Part shown: positions 1 to 12,440 of the stretch, in pieces
Position numbering within the stretch: the stretch's first letter is position 1
Layout of the letters: each line of letters opens with the position of its first letter
Source: Octopus vulgaris
Taxonomy: Eukaryota
DNA: 64,000 nt
Assembly (NCBI GenBank): GCA_951406725.2
Contig: OX597815.1
Coordinates: forward strand, 53,072,001-53,136,000
Direction: 5' to 3'
Position numbers and translations under genes: made by a program
The notes under the pieces: model-generated
Seen by the model: only the letters and a program-made list of their open reading frames with translations
The model's database searches: none
Told to the model about the DNA's origin: nothing

Positions 1-106
1 CTGTGTATGATCAGTTACACCTCAAAACAAGCATAGGAAGAAAATTCGTGTTATTACAGAAATAATTTCATTTTACAGGTCCGTATTCCTATCTATCAAC
101 GCACAT

Positions 107-108
<2 letters not shown>

Positions 109-146
<38 letters not shown>

Positions 147-237
147 ATGTATGTATGTATGTATGCATGTATGTATGTATGTATGTATGCATGTATGCAT
201 GTATGTATGCATGTATGTATGTATGCATGTATGTATA
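109..237. repeat. Compound microsatellite (AC)n + (ATGT)n
   Basis: Directly visible tandem repeats. Confidence 0.95.
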
Positions 238-1685
238 GGTTTTCATATAAGTCAGACGCGTGTTAGCGTATGTGTGCATCTCAATGTATGTTTAAAAATT
301 AGAAAGTGAAAGAGAGATGACACGAAAATATTAATACAAATTAATACTGAAAGAGTGAAAACATGTAACTTTGCAAATAATAAACAAATGGGTGGGATGA
401 GTATGTAAATATAAACACATATACACGGATAAACACCTCATTTTGGAAGTCAACTTGTAACCAATTAAGATCACTTTCCAAACTCAGTAGGTCTGAACAA
501 ACGTCCCGCGAGTTCAATAAATTCTTGTGCGTAAATTTGTTTTGAGTGGATAAAGTGTTGTACGGCACTGAATCCCCTTTTCGTCTCAATTAGCTATAAA
601 ACCAGGGGCACAACACAGGTTGAGAAGACATGGAATTAACTTTACTACTGTTTCTTTTATTTTTCTTATACGAGTTTACATTCTCCAAGAATGAAGTTCT
701 AACGAGAACTAGGAATCTTTCACTCCCAGTAGTTCGCACGCTAATAATTACACGCGCGCTCGCACACACACATACATGCCAAGAGTGTGAGGGGGAAGAG
801 ACAACAAAGATGACTGCATAGACAGATAGATATCTAATAGATAGACAGATAGACAGACAGACAGATAGACAGATAAGATAGGGAATGTAAAGGAAGCTTG
901 TAACTGACAGTGACCCTTTGCCTGTCCAGTGTATCACATATAATACACAAGACATATCTCCCTGGTGTTCATGCATCATATATGATATACATCCTCAAGT
1001 TTTTTCAACCCCTTGAAAATTTGAGACTTATGAAAGGAAAGCTTTATATTACAAAGAGCGTATGAAACAAGGGCTAATTAGAAGTCATGAAATAAGCATG
1101 GACTTATGAAAATGTTTCGGACATGTATCGGAATTTAAAAAACATACTATTTGTATAGATTTAGAAATCACTATATGTCCATCACTTTATATTAGGTGAT
1201 ACATCCAAACTTTTTAGAAAAGTAGGTGCTATATTCATGCCTTTCCCAAAACAACAGGGAAATGAGTTGGTTTGGAAATCCTCGGGTACGTAGAGGTTTC
1301 GAGGAAAGACCAAGACGCACGTGTTTTCGTGTCGATGTCCGGAATTTTGTGGACACACAAATGTTGATAAAAGAGAACTTTAGGAATTTTTACTGCATGG
1401 TTAACCAAGACATTTTATAATATCAATGTGTTAAGTAAAATAGCAACATTGGTAATAGCAACAGTGTAAACAATAACAGCAACAAAAAAATTTTTGCTGA
1501 GAGTTGCAATGATCTCAACTATATGAATCATACACGCCTGGTATTAATATTCTTAAGATTGGGAAGCCTGTAACAGTCAGAATCGTCAGCACGCAGGTCA
1601 AAATGGTTAGTAGCATTTCTTACAACTCTATTTTCTGAGATCAGATACTGCCGCGGACGACTTTGCTTATACATTATCATAATTA

Positions 1686-1857
1686 GTGGTGGTGGTGGTG
1701 GTGGTGTTGTTGTTGTATTTGTTGTTGTTGTAGTTGTTGTTGTTGTTGTTGTTGTTGTTGCTGTTGTTGTTGCTGTTGTTGTTGTTGTTGTTGTCGTCGT
1801 CGTCGTCGTCGTCGTTGTTGTTCTTCTTCTTCTTCTTCTTCTTCTTCTTCTTCTTCT
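1686..1857. repeat. Compound trinucleotide microsatellite (GGT)n-(GTT)n-(GTC)n-(TTC)n
   Basis: Directly visible; the unit changes by one base at a time. Confidence 0.95.
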
Positions 1858-1859
1858 AA

Positions 1860-2330
1860 TCAGAACTCACGCCATTAGCCACAAAGAATAATCTCTAATT
1901 CGAGCCTATTCTAAGCTACTAAGAATGCGTGTGGCAACTTAAAGATCCACCCACCACACGCGATAGACTGGTAGTTGCACGGGCGCGAAAGCTACGTTGT
2001 GTCCCTCATGCCGTAAACGGTGGCTTTTAACAGGTGGAGAGCTGAACCATTCTGGGGTTCAGAGGATTCGCAATCTAGACTAGGGTCTGAAAGTTTACCA
2101 CAGCATAGTGGATTACACCATGGTTCCTCTGCTTTGTGGCAGAAGTAGGAAGAAAGAGTGAAAGAAAGTTGTGGTGATAGAGTACAACGGGGTTCACCTC
2201 CTCCCCGAAGCCTCGTGGAACTTAGATGTTTTTGCTCAATAAACACTTACAATGCCCGGTCTGGGAATCGAAACCGCGTTCTTACGACCGCGAGTCCGCG
2301 GCTCTAACCACTGGGCCATTGCACCTCCAC
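1860..2330 (-). mobile_element. tRNA-derived SINE
   Basis: Minus strand begins GTGGAGGTGCAATGGCCCAGTGGTTAGAGCC, with a Pol III A box (TGGCCCAGTGG) and B box (GGTTTCGATTCC). Flanked by (GTT)n/(TTC)n. The 3' boundary is approximate. Confidence 0.75.
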
Positions 2331-2346
2331 TGTTGTTGCTGTTGTT

Positions 2347-3415
2347 AAGGCGGCAGAAACGTTAGCACGCCGGGCGAAATGCGTAGCGGTATTTCGTCTG
2401 CGTTAGGTTGTGAGTTCAAATTCCGCCGAGGTCGACTTTGCCTTTCATCCTTTCGGGGTCGATAAATTAAGTACCAGTTACGCACTGGGGTCGACCTATG
2501 TCTGTCCTTGTTTGTCCCCTCTGTGTTTAGCCCCTTGTGGGTAATAAAGAAATAGGTATTTCGTCTGCCGTTATGTTCTGAGTTCAAATTCGGCTGAGGT
2601 CAGTTTTGCCTTTCATCCTTTCGGGGTCGATAAATTAAGTACCAGTTACGCACTGGAGTCGATGTAATCGACTTAATCCGTTTGTCTGACGTTGTTCGTC
2701 CCCTCTGTGTTTAGCCCCTTGTGGGTAGTAAAGAAATAGGTATTTCGTCTGCCGCTACGTTCTGAGTTCAAATTCCGCCGAGGTCCACTTTGCCTGTCAT
2801 CCTTTCGGGGTCGATTTAGTAAATACCAGTTACGCACTGGGGTCGATATAATCGACTTAATCCGTTTGTCTGTCCTTGTTTGTCTGTCCGTGTTTGTCTT
2901 CTCTGTGATTAGCCCCCTGCGGGTAGTAACGAAATAGGTATTTTTGCCTGTCTTTCGTTCTGAGCCGCATATTCCACTGAGGTTGACTTTGCCTTTCATC
3001 CTTTCGGTACTGGCGTCGATGTAATCGACTATCCCACCGCCACAAGTTTCAGGCATTATGCCTATAGTAGAAAGGATTATTATTTTTACTATTAAGGCGG
3101 CAAGATAGCAGAACCGTTAACACTCTAAACAAAGCGCTCTGTGTTCAAATTCCGCTGTGGTCGACTTTCATGCTTCGGCGTTGATAATATAATTATCAGT
3201 TGAGTAACGGGGTCGATATAATTATCTAGGCGCCTCCTTCAAAATTGCTGGCCTTGTACCAAAATTTGAAACCATTATTATAATTATTATTATTGTTGTT
3301 GTTGTTATCTTTTCGGCGTCGAAAAAATAAGTGTCAGCTGAGCACTGGGGCCAATGTAATCGACTAACCATTTCCCCCTACAATTGCTGGCCTTGTGTCA
3401 AAATCTGAAACTATA
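2347..3415 (+). mobile_element. Tandem cluster of octopus-type SINE units (about 4 head-to-tail units to ~3075, then 2 degenerate copies)
   Basis: Recurrent core GAGTTCAAATTCCGCCGAGGTCGACTTTGCCTTTCATCCTTTCGGGGTCGATAAATTAAGTACCAG with B-box-like GAGTTCAAATTC. The junction AAATAGGTATTT recurs at ~2550, ~2735 and ~2932. Confidence 0.85.
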
Positions 3416-3978
3416 TTATTGAGCTTGAAAATATATAGTAATGCCAATTTAGTTATATTTCTCTCTTTAGAAAGTTTCAACCTCGTGTTTTAGAGTGGGA
3501 AAACATCAACACAAACAGGGAGAGCACCGCTGGGTAAAAAATCGGAAAGTCAACAGCTCAGCATATTTTCAATTTCCGCTTGACCATATCTGACTTCACT
3601 TTTACCACTAATGCACATGAGAAATATATTGGAAGTCATAGTCTCCAGTTTTACTCTTCCTTGAAATAGAAGACGTCGGTTCAAAATGGTAGAAATACAA
3701 CAACTAGATCCACTAGTCAACTCATATCAGGAATGAGTGTAAATCAATTCATTTTGTTAATACTGGGGATCACTTAAGGAAGCTCATAACTGTCACAATA
3801 TTACATTGCAAACCCACTTTTTTTTTCACGATAATTTTGATATTGTGTTTACTGTCAATAGATTAAATGGATAATTATTACAAATTAACACAGCACAAGC
3901 AATATTGACACAAAGTAATTGATTATTGGGAGGTGGAGGAAGTCGATAAAATAGTACTCAGTTTTATATTTGATCTAA

Positions 3979-4190
3979 AGGCGGCGAAATGGCAGAATCG
4001 TTAGCACGCCAGGCAAGATGCTTAGCGGTATTCCGTCTTTACGATCTGAGTTCAAATTCAGCCGAGGTCGGCTTTACCTTTCATACTTTTGGGGTCGATA
4101 AAACAAATACTAGTTGAGTGGTGAGGTCGATTTAATTGACTTACCCCTCCCCAAAAAACCGCTGGCCTTGCATCAAATGTTTGAAACCAG
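3979..4190 (+). mobile_element. SINE, same family as 2347-3415
   Basis: GGCGGCGAAATGGCAGAATCGTTAGCACGCC...GAGTTCAAATTCAGCCGAGGTCG...GGGGTCGATAAA. Confidence 0.8.
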
Positions 4191-5118
4191 TTATTATATT
4201 TAAACTTATTTTTTCTATGTTCTTGGAAATATGAACGATAAAGTCAACCAAGAAGAAATTTGAACTCAGAAGACAAGGAACCGTAATAAAAAGGGAAAAA
4301 GCATTCTGTGTAACGCTATAACGATGCTTTTCTATATATCATATTTAGATTATAAGGAATATTGATTGTTTCTTTAAATATTATTGAGAAAGTCGACTCC
4401 TATACTTGATTTATACTTATTTAATCAATCTCTAAAAGACAGAAGACAAGAGTGAGTTTGGCAAGATTTGAACTCAGAAAACAATGAGCTGCAGAGTAAA
4501 ATAACCACTAACCATTTTATGTGGTATTCAAAAGTTTCTATTACACAGAACCTTTAAATGCGTGATGACTATTAAAGACAGAATGAATAAACATAAAAAT
4601 TGAACAACTCTTTAATATCTCACCCATCAGAGCACTACAACGGAATTTAGTTGTTTGCTATTACATCACTTTGAAACTTCTAGACTGAAAATAGAATCCA
4701 ATACAATAAACAACAGAGGACAGCTGTACAAGGCATTCCTTTTATGTTACTTGTCTCAAATAACTAGTATTGTCACGGCAAGATATATTGTTTATCAAAT
4801 TTCTGCTGTTGGCGTCATACATCGATGTAGTGATGTACAGGAAAAAGTATCAATAGGAAGTTAATAAGGATGAAGATAATAATAATGATGGTAATAATGT
4901 TGATGTAAAGAATATGAATAATACACTAACAAAACGGAGTCTACATACAAAGTTTCACAAGGCGGAGGAGGCGACTAAATCTATATATAAGAAGATACTG
5001 TTATTAGGTATTCAAATTCAGCATACACACGTACACACACACATTCACACACATACACACGCAATCATTCTAGTTCATATTATATGTGTATATATGTGTA
5101 TGTGTGTGCGCGCGCGCG

Positions 5119-5154
<36 letters not shown>

Positions 5155-5614
5155 CATGTGTGCATATATATATTATTATATATATTATGCACATATACGA
5201 TGTGTATATGTATTTACGTATGTATATACGTGTGTGTGTGTGCGTCAACAGATCTCCGTCAATTTCAACGATGAAGTTTCGAAACGTTCATTGAACAGGA
5301 AAGATTAGTCCTGGAATTAGCGTGCAGGTGACTGAGTATTTCATTGACATTGGATCTTCTTAATGCAATTCTCAGAGTTCGACATAGCTAGCTTTTTAAA
5401 TTGCAGGTTCAATTCAGCCGACAAGCTTCCAAACATTTTCTGTCTTCATAATTTCACATATGAGTTTTGGATGGATCGATCTGAAGCTAATCATAAAATT
5501 ATAAACAAAAAGGGCTGTGGACTGCGAAAGAAAGCGACACCATATGATAGACAAGTCACATCCTTAACTATTTGGCAATGGTGGGATATACATATATATA
5601 TATATGTATGTATG

Positions 5615-5648
<34 letters not shown>

Positions 5649-5904
5649 TGTATGTATGTATGTATGTATGTATGACAGCATGTATGACAATGTATGTGTA
5701 GCACAACCCCTCACAAATTCGAAGTTGGAATCCGGTGTGCTGGAACACCACTGGTGTTATTAAAGTATGTCTCTAGGAATCACTCTGATATTAAACCAGA
5801 TATATAGGGAATGGCATTGAATATTTTACGGATCTTTTGCTTGCCCTTGAGATCAATATTTTCAACAATAACAACTCTCACCTTTTTCAACACAGCAAAA
5901 ATAA

Positions 5905-6170
5905 CCCCAAAACGCCAGGACGGACCAAAATACAATCTGAATTTTTATTGCCCACAAGGGGCCGACATAGAGGGAACAACACAATCTGAGTTTACGGATC
6001 ACATGAAACATAATGACATAACATTGAGATGCAATTAAAAATTTAATACAAGACATATAAACGTATGATAAACAAGCAAACGACAAGACGAATGGAGTGG
6101 TGATTTGGGTTCAGCTCCGACCCCACGATCCTCAATCCACCACTGATAAAGGCAATGTACTTCTGACATA
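5905..6170 (-). mobile_element. Tx1/L1-clade LINE 3' UTR fragment
   Basis: Reverse complement aligns by eye, with scattered substitutions, to 9696-9950, which follows the ORF2 stop of the LINE at 8000-9950. Confidence 0.8.
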
Positions 6171-7225
6171 TTTTTTCTCAGGCAATTCCCTCCTGGGAGC
6201 TGCAGTTAAAGTTTCATTTAAGGACTTAGTAGTGGTACTCTTATCCGCTATATCAATACTACAGTTTGTTTCACTAGAAACTGCCCCCATAGGATCTTTA
6301 TTTAAACCATTACTAATTTTATTACTAAGTTTATATCTATTATTTGTGGCTATAATTGAGACTAGATATGGAGCTGTATAAATGAATTTTTATGTCCCCT
6401 TGGGGAAAAGTCTTTCTCGACACTCTTATAAAATAATTTAGGGAGGTTCCTAATTTGGAGGGAAAAAAGCTGGATTGAGCCAAATAATATCCCGCTTCCT
6501 AGATTCCTTATAATCATTTTTATTAGTAGTAACAGTCTGCCTATAATTCGTATTTCTAAAACCATATAGTTTATGCACAAATTGCTTATTTGGGTAATTT
6601 ATCTGGCTGTTTATTACTGACTTATTCTCATTTAAGTTACCCTTTCTGAAAACTTGCTTATGTAGGAGGGCATGATTATTAAATATATCTTCATTACCAG
6701 ACAAATTTGATATTCTAATGGATACCCCAGTTATAATAGCGTTTATAACAATACCGGGATGATTTGATTTACAGTTTATATATTGTATTACCTTATTCAG
6801 CTTATGGTATGAGGAATACTAGTCATTGTTTAAACTGAGGGTAACATCTAGGAAAGTAGCTATTTTGGTAGTATTATCGGCGGTTATATTTACATTATAT
6901 TTCTTAAAAAAAAATTTGATAAAGCTTTTCTAGTTTTAACTCTATTACGTAGTGATGGATTAGGGATCACAAATAAGCCATCATCTCTATAAAGGCCTCC
7001 CTTGATAGTGGGAAAACTACTTTTTAATTTCAGAAAGTAGAAAGTGAGCCACCAAATCAGTAATCTGGGCTGAATCCGCTGACCCCATAGTTATATCGAA
7101 GTTATGCTGAGTATTACTTCGAGTCCAACCCTTCTTATTATATGCGATTAGAATTTTCCTAGCATTTAAAATTATATCCTTTTCCAAAGGGGATATTTCT
7201 TTAAATTTTTCTTTCAATTTATTGC
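6171..7225 (-). mobile_element. Penelope-like element fragment (RT C-terminal half and linker), frameshifted
   Basis: FDITMGSADSAQITDLVAHFLL, then LYRDDG (reverse complement of ~6977-6994), then RKRDIIWLNPAF, ending at the start of the GIY-YIG region. Confidence 0.9.
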
Positions 7226-7254
7226 CTCAAATAATATATATGAACCTAGTAATA

Positions 7255-7990
7255 ATATTAGTAATAGCTTCAAGTAAAACAGACTGTAGTATTGATATAG
7301 CGGATAGGAGTACCACTACTAAATTCTTAAATAAAACTTGTAACTTCCGCTCCCATGAATCATGTTCTTTAGGAGGGAATTGCCTGAGAAAAGATGTAGT
7401 ATATAACTGCGAAGTTAGTACAGCAAATCTTACGGAACATAGGAAATGTATATAGGAAATACTATTGATTTTAAAAATAGATATAGTGGACATATGAATT
7501 CATTTATTAACCCAATACTAAAAACTCCACGACATTACCCACCTCATAGAGACTAACACTGAGTATAATTCAAGGTGGTCGATAATTACTGAATCAACTC
7601 CATATAACACGCATACAAAATACAAAATCTTGTAGGCTTTGCATAAAGGAATCGATTAGCGTACTGTATGCTATTAATAGAAATAAAACATATTATAAAA
7701 ATAAAATTACAGATGTCTTAGCATGTTTGTAAGCATAAATATTTGGCAACTTAAAAATTTTTCAAACTTTAAAATTTACAAAGTTTTTAAAAATATGACC
7801 TGGATTAGATCCTACGAATTCTTATATACAAATCATTTATCTTAAATTACCGCTCTCTTATAGTAATATGGATAAAAAATATATCAATATAAAAATGTTA
7901 AAGTTATTGTCAAATATATTGTTTATTGCATTGTTGGAACTCTGTTGATTTATTGCTTGTTTGAAGCATTTTGTTATCAATACCCCCCGC
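7255..7990 (+). mobile_element. Penelope-like element fragment (degenerate GIY-YIG and 3' region), inverted relative to 6171-7225
   Basis: CSLGGNCLRKDVVYNCEVS followed by a YIG-like motif. 7262-7392 is an inverted copy of ~6171-6282. Confidence 0.85.
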
Positions 7991-7999
7991 GGGGGTGGG

Positions 8000-9950
8000 G
8001 GGAATTACTACGAACTGTGTCGGAAAAAATAATATTTTTGTGCGGCGATAAGCCAATTAACAAATTTTTTGTGATTAGTGTGTTTGCCATTGTTCATCGT
8101 GGAATCCAGTGAAGAGTTTCCTACGCTCTCACCGATAACTCCGATTTTGTCACCAGTATCTTCGGGAGTATCACCTGTTAAAAAAGAAACCAGGAAGTCT
8201 CCTGGAAAAAAAATAATTGTTTCAAAGAAAAATGTTGACGTCACAGAGAAGCAAAACTGGCAAGGTTAAATATGATAATACGATATGATAATACAAACAG
8301 AATTGCAAACACTGGAAAACATTCCCGAATCAATTGAAATAGGGGAAGAAAACCGTATCGTGTTCATGGAAAGCTGCAAACCACGGTGTTTTAACTGCGG
8401 CAAGTTGGGGTATATACGTACAGAGTGCGATCCACCTCTAGAAGAAGAAGAGGAGGGAGAGGAGAAAAACAGCAGAAGCAGTAAGCAGCAGCCAAACAGG
8501 GAGTAAAAAACAAATTCACCCAACTGTCCCACCAAAAGCAGCAGCAACTGACAAGAAACCAAAAAAAAAAAAAAAATGCAGCAAGGAGGAAGAAGACAGA
8601 TAAAGAAAACTTGGTAGCCGTCAAAAGGGATAATAGTGATATAATAAGTCGTTTGAAAGTGATAAAGACTGCCAAACGAATGAATGAACAGTCGAACAAT
8701 TATTTAGACTACGATATGTATCAAATAGACTAAAAAACCCCACAGAATATTAAGCAACGACTTTCGAAAGATGTAGGTCCTCTACGTAAGGACTTTACAT
8801 CTACAATTTTTTAGGCTTTACCTGCTCCAATCCCAGAAAAAGAAGAGGTGGAGTCTTCGCCACCTCCCACCACTGAGTAAAAAATAAGACTTTTATGGTA
8901 GTTCACATTGGTTGTTTGAATGTACATGGCCTGTCGTTGAGTTGGAAGCAGGGGCGCTTCCAAAATACATCAGGTCACGTAATTTGGATGCAATTGTTGC
9001 TACTGAAACCCGGTTAAAGGGTTAGGTGAAAGGCATTCGGAGTGTCGCAAGGCACTCCTGCTATTCTGTCGCTCGGATAATGCCATTGGTAGTTGTTCAA
9101 TCACAGTTTTCTATAGAAGTTTGATAGAGGCTGGATGTGACGATAACGTGGGGGCGACCCTGGGGCGACTCGATAGTATATTCCAACGTACGTTTGGGCT
9201 GAAGACTCTGGATAATTTCCAAATGTGCTGGCAATGTTACAGAGGAGCCTTGCCCTTTCGGGATAAGCTCGCAAGACACGGTCAATGCGACACACCAATC
9301 TGTCCAAGATGCGAGCGGGATAGGGAAATCGACTTGCACGCTATCGTTCAGTGCTCGGAGGTGTGGGCTTATGCGGAACATCTGTTGTCTGGTGCAGGAA
9401 GAGTACAGCTATCGTCTGAGTCAATTTTTTAAAATTGACCCACTTGATTTCCTGTCGAATGAAGGTAAAAATTGTTTTCTCATAGTAGTAGCGATCGCGA
9501 AAGAGGCAGTATGGAAGACGAGATTGAAAGGACTAACGATAGGCAGCTTCATCTTTGGCCTCGGTCTTCAGAGATACTTCGCGTTTTGCTTGAAAAGGAA
9601 AGTGTGGCTGGAGAAGAAATGCCTGCAGGAGAAAATGTTCAACGATAGATGGAAGTACGTGGCACGAGTGTTGCGAGCGGACGTAGCCATGTGAACATGT
9701 CAGGAGTACATTGCAATATCAGTGGTGGATTTGGGATCGTGGGGTCGGAGCTGAACCCAAATCACCACTCCATTCGTTTTGTCATTTGTTTGTTTGTCAC
9801 ACGTTTATATGTCTTGTATTAAATTTTTAATTGCATCTCAATGTTATATCATAATGTCTCATCTGACCCCTAAAATCAGATTGTGTTGTCCCCTCTATGT
9901 TGGCCCCTAGTGGGAAGTAAAAATCATCTTAAATTTTGGTCCATCTGGTT
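8000..9950 (+). mobile_element. Internally deleted, degenerate Tx1/L1-clade LINE
   Basis: ORF1 remnant with zinc knuckle CFNCGKLGYIRTEC. ORF2 starts at 8895 (MVVHIGCLNVHGL...IVATET, an APE N-terminus) and jumps to a C-terminus (YRGALPFRDKL...CPRC...HAIVQC) homologous to 59017-60657. Confidence 0.85.
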
Positions 9951-10068
9951 TTATTTCGTCATTTATATTTATATTTTTATTCTTATTCATCCCTTCGTTA
10001 CTCAACTACTCAACGACCAACTGAAACTTCACCATGTAGTGCTTTACTGGATTTTACCACGAGAAAGG

Positions 10069-10159
10069 AACCCCGAGGAAGGAAATGTTTTTATACAGGG
10101 CGTTGAATTTGGATTATTTCCTACAGCCCCTTCAAACTTTTCTGAAACGGCCGTAGGTT
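10069..10159 (+). ncRNA. Type I hammerhead ribozyme variant with a large loop II
   Basis: AACC-CCGAGGA-AGGAAA...TTTTCT-GAAA-CGGCCG-TA-GGTT: stem I AACC/GGTT, core with U4>C, palindromic stem III ACGGCCGT, GUA cleavage triplet. Confidence 0.65.
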
Positions 10160-10391
10160 TGGACTGATGCTTTCAATTGCCTGCTTTAATCTATTCTAAC
10201 TATATTTTCTTTTATGTTACTCCTTATATTTTTATGTTTAAATTCTCATATTTCTGTATTTTTATCAGCTATGTCTTAATATAAATATGTGGTTATTTGA
10301 ATGAAATAATATCTCATATCATACATCTGAATTATGAATTTGCTTGTCTGAGTGTTAAAGACAAATACTGAAATTTTTATCATATACCAAA

Positions 10392-10457
<66 letters not shown>

Positions 10458-10514
10458 GTATGTATGTACGTATGTATGTACGTATGTATGTACGTATGTA
10501 TGTACGTATGAATG

Positions 10515-10545
<31 letters not shown>

Positions 10546-11062
10546 ATATAGACACATATACACGCATATCTATGTATCTATCTATTTGTATGTTTAGTTT
10601 GTTGGTTACGACAAAATTTGGGAAGTTACTTATTTCCCAAGCGAGTCGATGATGAAATAAATCTAGTATCGGTAAGACGGGTTAAATTTGAATCAGTGCA
10701 GTAATTGTATAATTCAAATACAAGCAAAAGCAAACAGGAGGAATAAACAATGGAAGAAAGAGCAAAGAAAAAAATATAAAGCTAATGTTATTACTCTGTG
10801 AATAACAGGAAAGTAATAGAAGTGGACGTTTTGGAAAGATATCCTTTGCCGAGATGGAAGGAAAAGAAATCAAAATGGAATTCAGAGACGAGGTTGGCTG
10901 TTAGTGTATTTGGATGATCCAGCCGACAAGAAATAATGCATGCAAAGGGAAATAAGAGTATGCTGAAGTGTGTGTATATTTTTATGTGTATGCACGCGCG
11001 AACGGGTGTGCGTTTGCGTGTGTAGGTGTGTGTGTGTACATACACACACATATTATTATATA

Positions 11063-11116
<54 letters not shown>

Positions 11117-11127
11117 CATATGTATAG

Positions 11128-11460
<333 letters not shown>

Positions 11461-11514
11461 AAAAGATAGGGAAAAATCTGAAACATATGAGTACTAGGAT
11501 ACAAATTAAATATA

Positions 11515-11637
<123 letters not shown>

Positions 11638-11752
11638 GGATAGATAGATAGATAGATAAGCATATACATCTCTCTCTCTATATATATATAGAGAGAGAGA
11701 GAAAGAGAGAGAGAGAGACACATATATGTACACGGTCACATATGTATAGGTA

Positions 11753-11803
<51 letters not shown>

Positions 11804-11841
11804 ATAATATTAATAATAATAATAATGATAATAATAATAAT

Positions 11842-12341
11842 GAAGTGGTATCATGTACATTGTTCTGTCTTGGTATAAAAGATGGGCTACAGCAAATATT
11901 CTGCTCAATACCACAGATTTGCTTGTCAGTTGTTTGACCTTAACCAGTTGAGCATGTCCCTTAGTGGCTGACAATACGTGCATCTCTGATCACGAGCAGA
12001 AGTAGTGGGGGAGCATCATGGCCATGTGTTGAGAGGGATTCTTTGGAGTTTGAATAATTCACCTCTGGAAACATAGGTGTTTCGTTCAACATCCTAAAGC
12101 AACCCTTATTCAGGGACCTTTTGAGCGGGATGGGCTACTCAACCTGAAGAAAATTCTAACTGGGCCCCACCTGCAAGGTCATGTGCTGTTTATCTTGATA
12201 TGAGATCACCATGTCGCGCACATATGGTTGTGATGCATGTGCCTGGTGTACCTTTATCAGACGGGTAGTCATGATGGGTATATTAGGCTTCGTATATTTT
12301 ACCCCAGTGTCACTTTGATGGCATGAACTGCTCTCTCACTC
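11842..12341 (+). mobile_element. Probable 5'-truncated LINE 3' UTR inserted in (TAA)n (R4/Dong-like targeting)
   Basis: A 500-bp high-complexity block with (AAT)n on both sides, ending CTCTCTCACTC-AATAATAAT. The clade is inferred only from the target. Confidence 0.5.
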
Positions 12342-12440
12342 AATAATAATAATAATACATATATATACACATATATATATATATACACATATATATATAT
12401 ACACACATATTAGTAATAATAATAATAATAATAATAATAA

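Noticed and set aside
900-1420. Possible DNA transposon remnant
   Set aside because: No terminal inverted repeats or transposase motifs could be identified by eye.
2255-2330. tRNA-like sequence (also at 48104-48180)
   Set aside because: A and B boxes are present, but there is no full cloverleaf and the sequence continues into a SINE body.
2347-3075. Regularly spaced repeats resembling a CRISPR array
   Set aside because: Whole units are homologous with no unique spacers, there are no cas genes, and the context is eukaryotic.
5262-5296. TTCAA-CGATGA-AGTTTC-GAAACGTTCA-TTGAA, hammerhead-like
   Set aside because: The core is missing a base, there is no stem II, and there is no PLE context.
5700-5900. 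Minus-strand IPYISGLISE peptide resembling a Poseidon-type PLE linker
   Set aside because: A single short motif surrounded by stops is too little to call.
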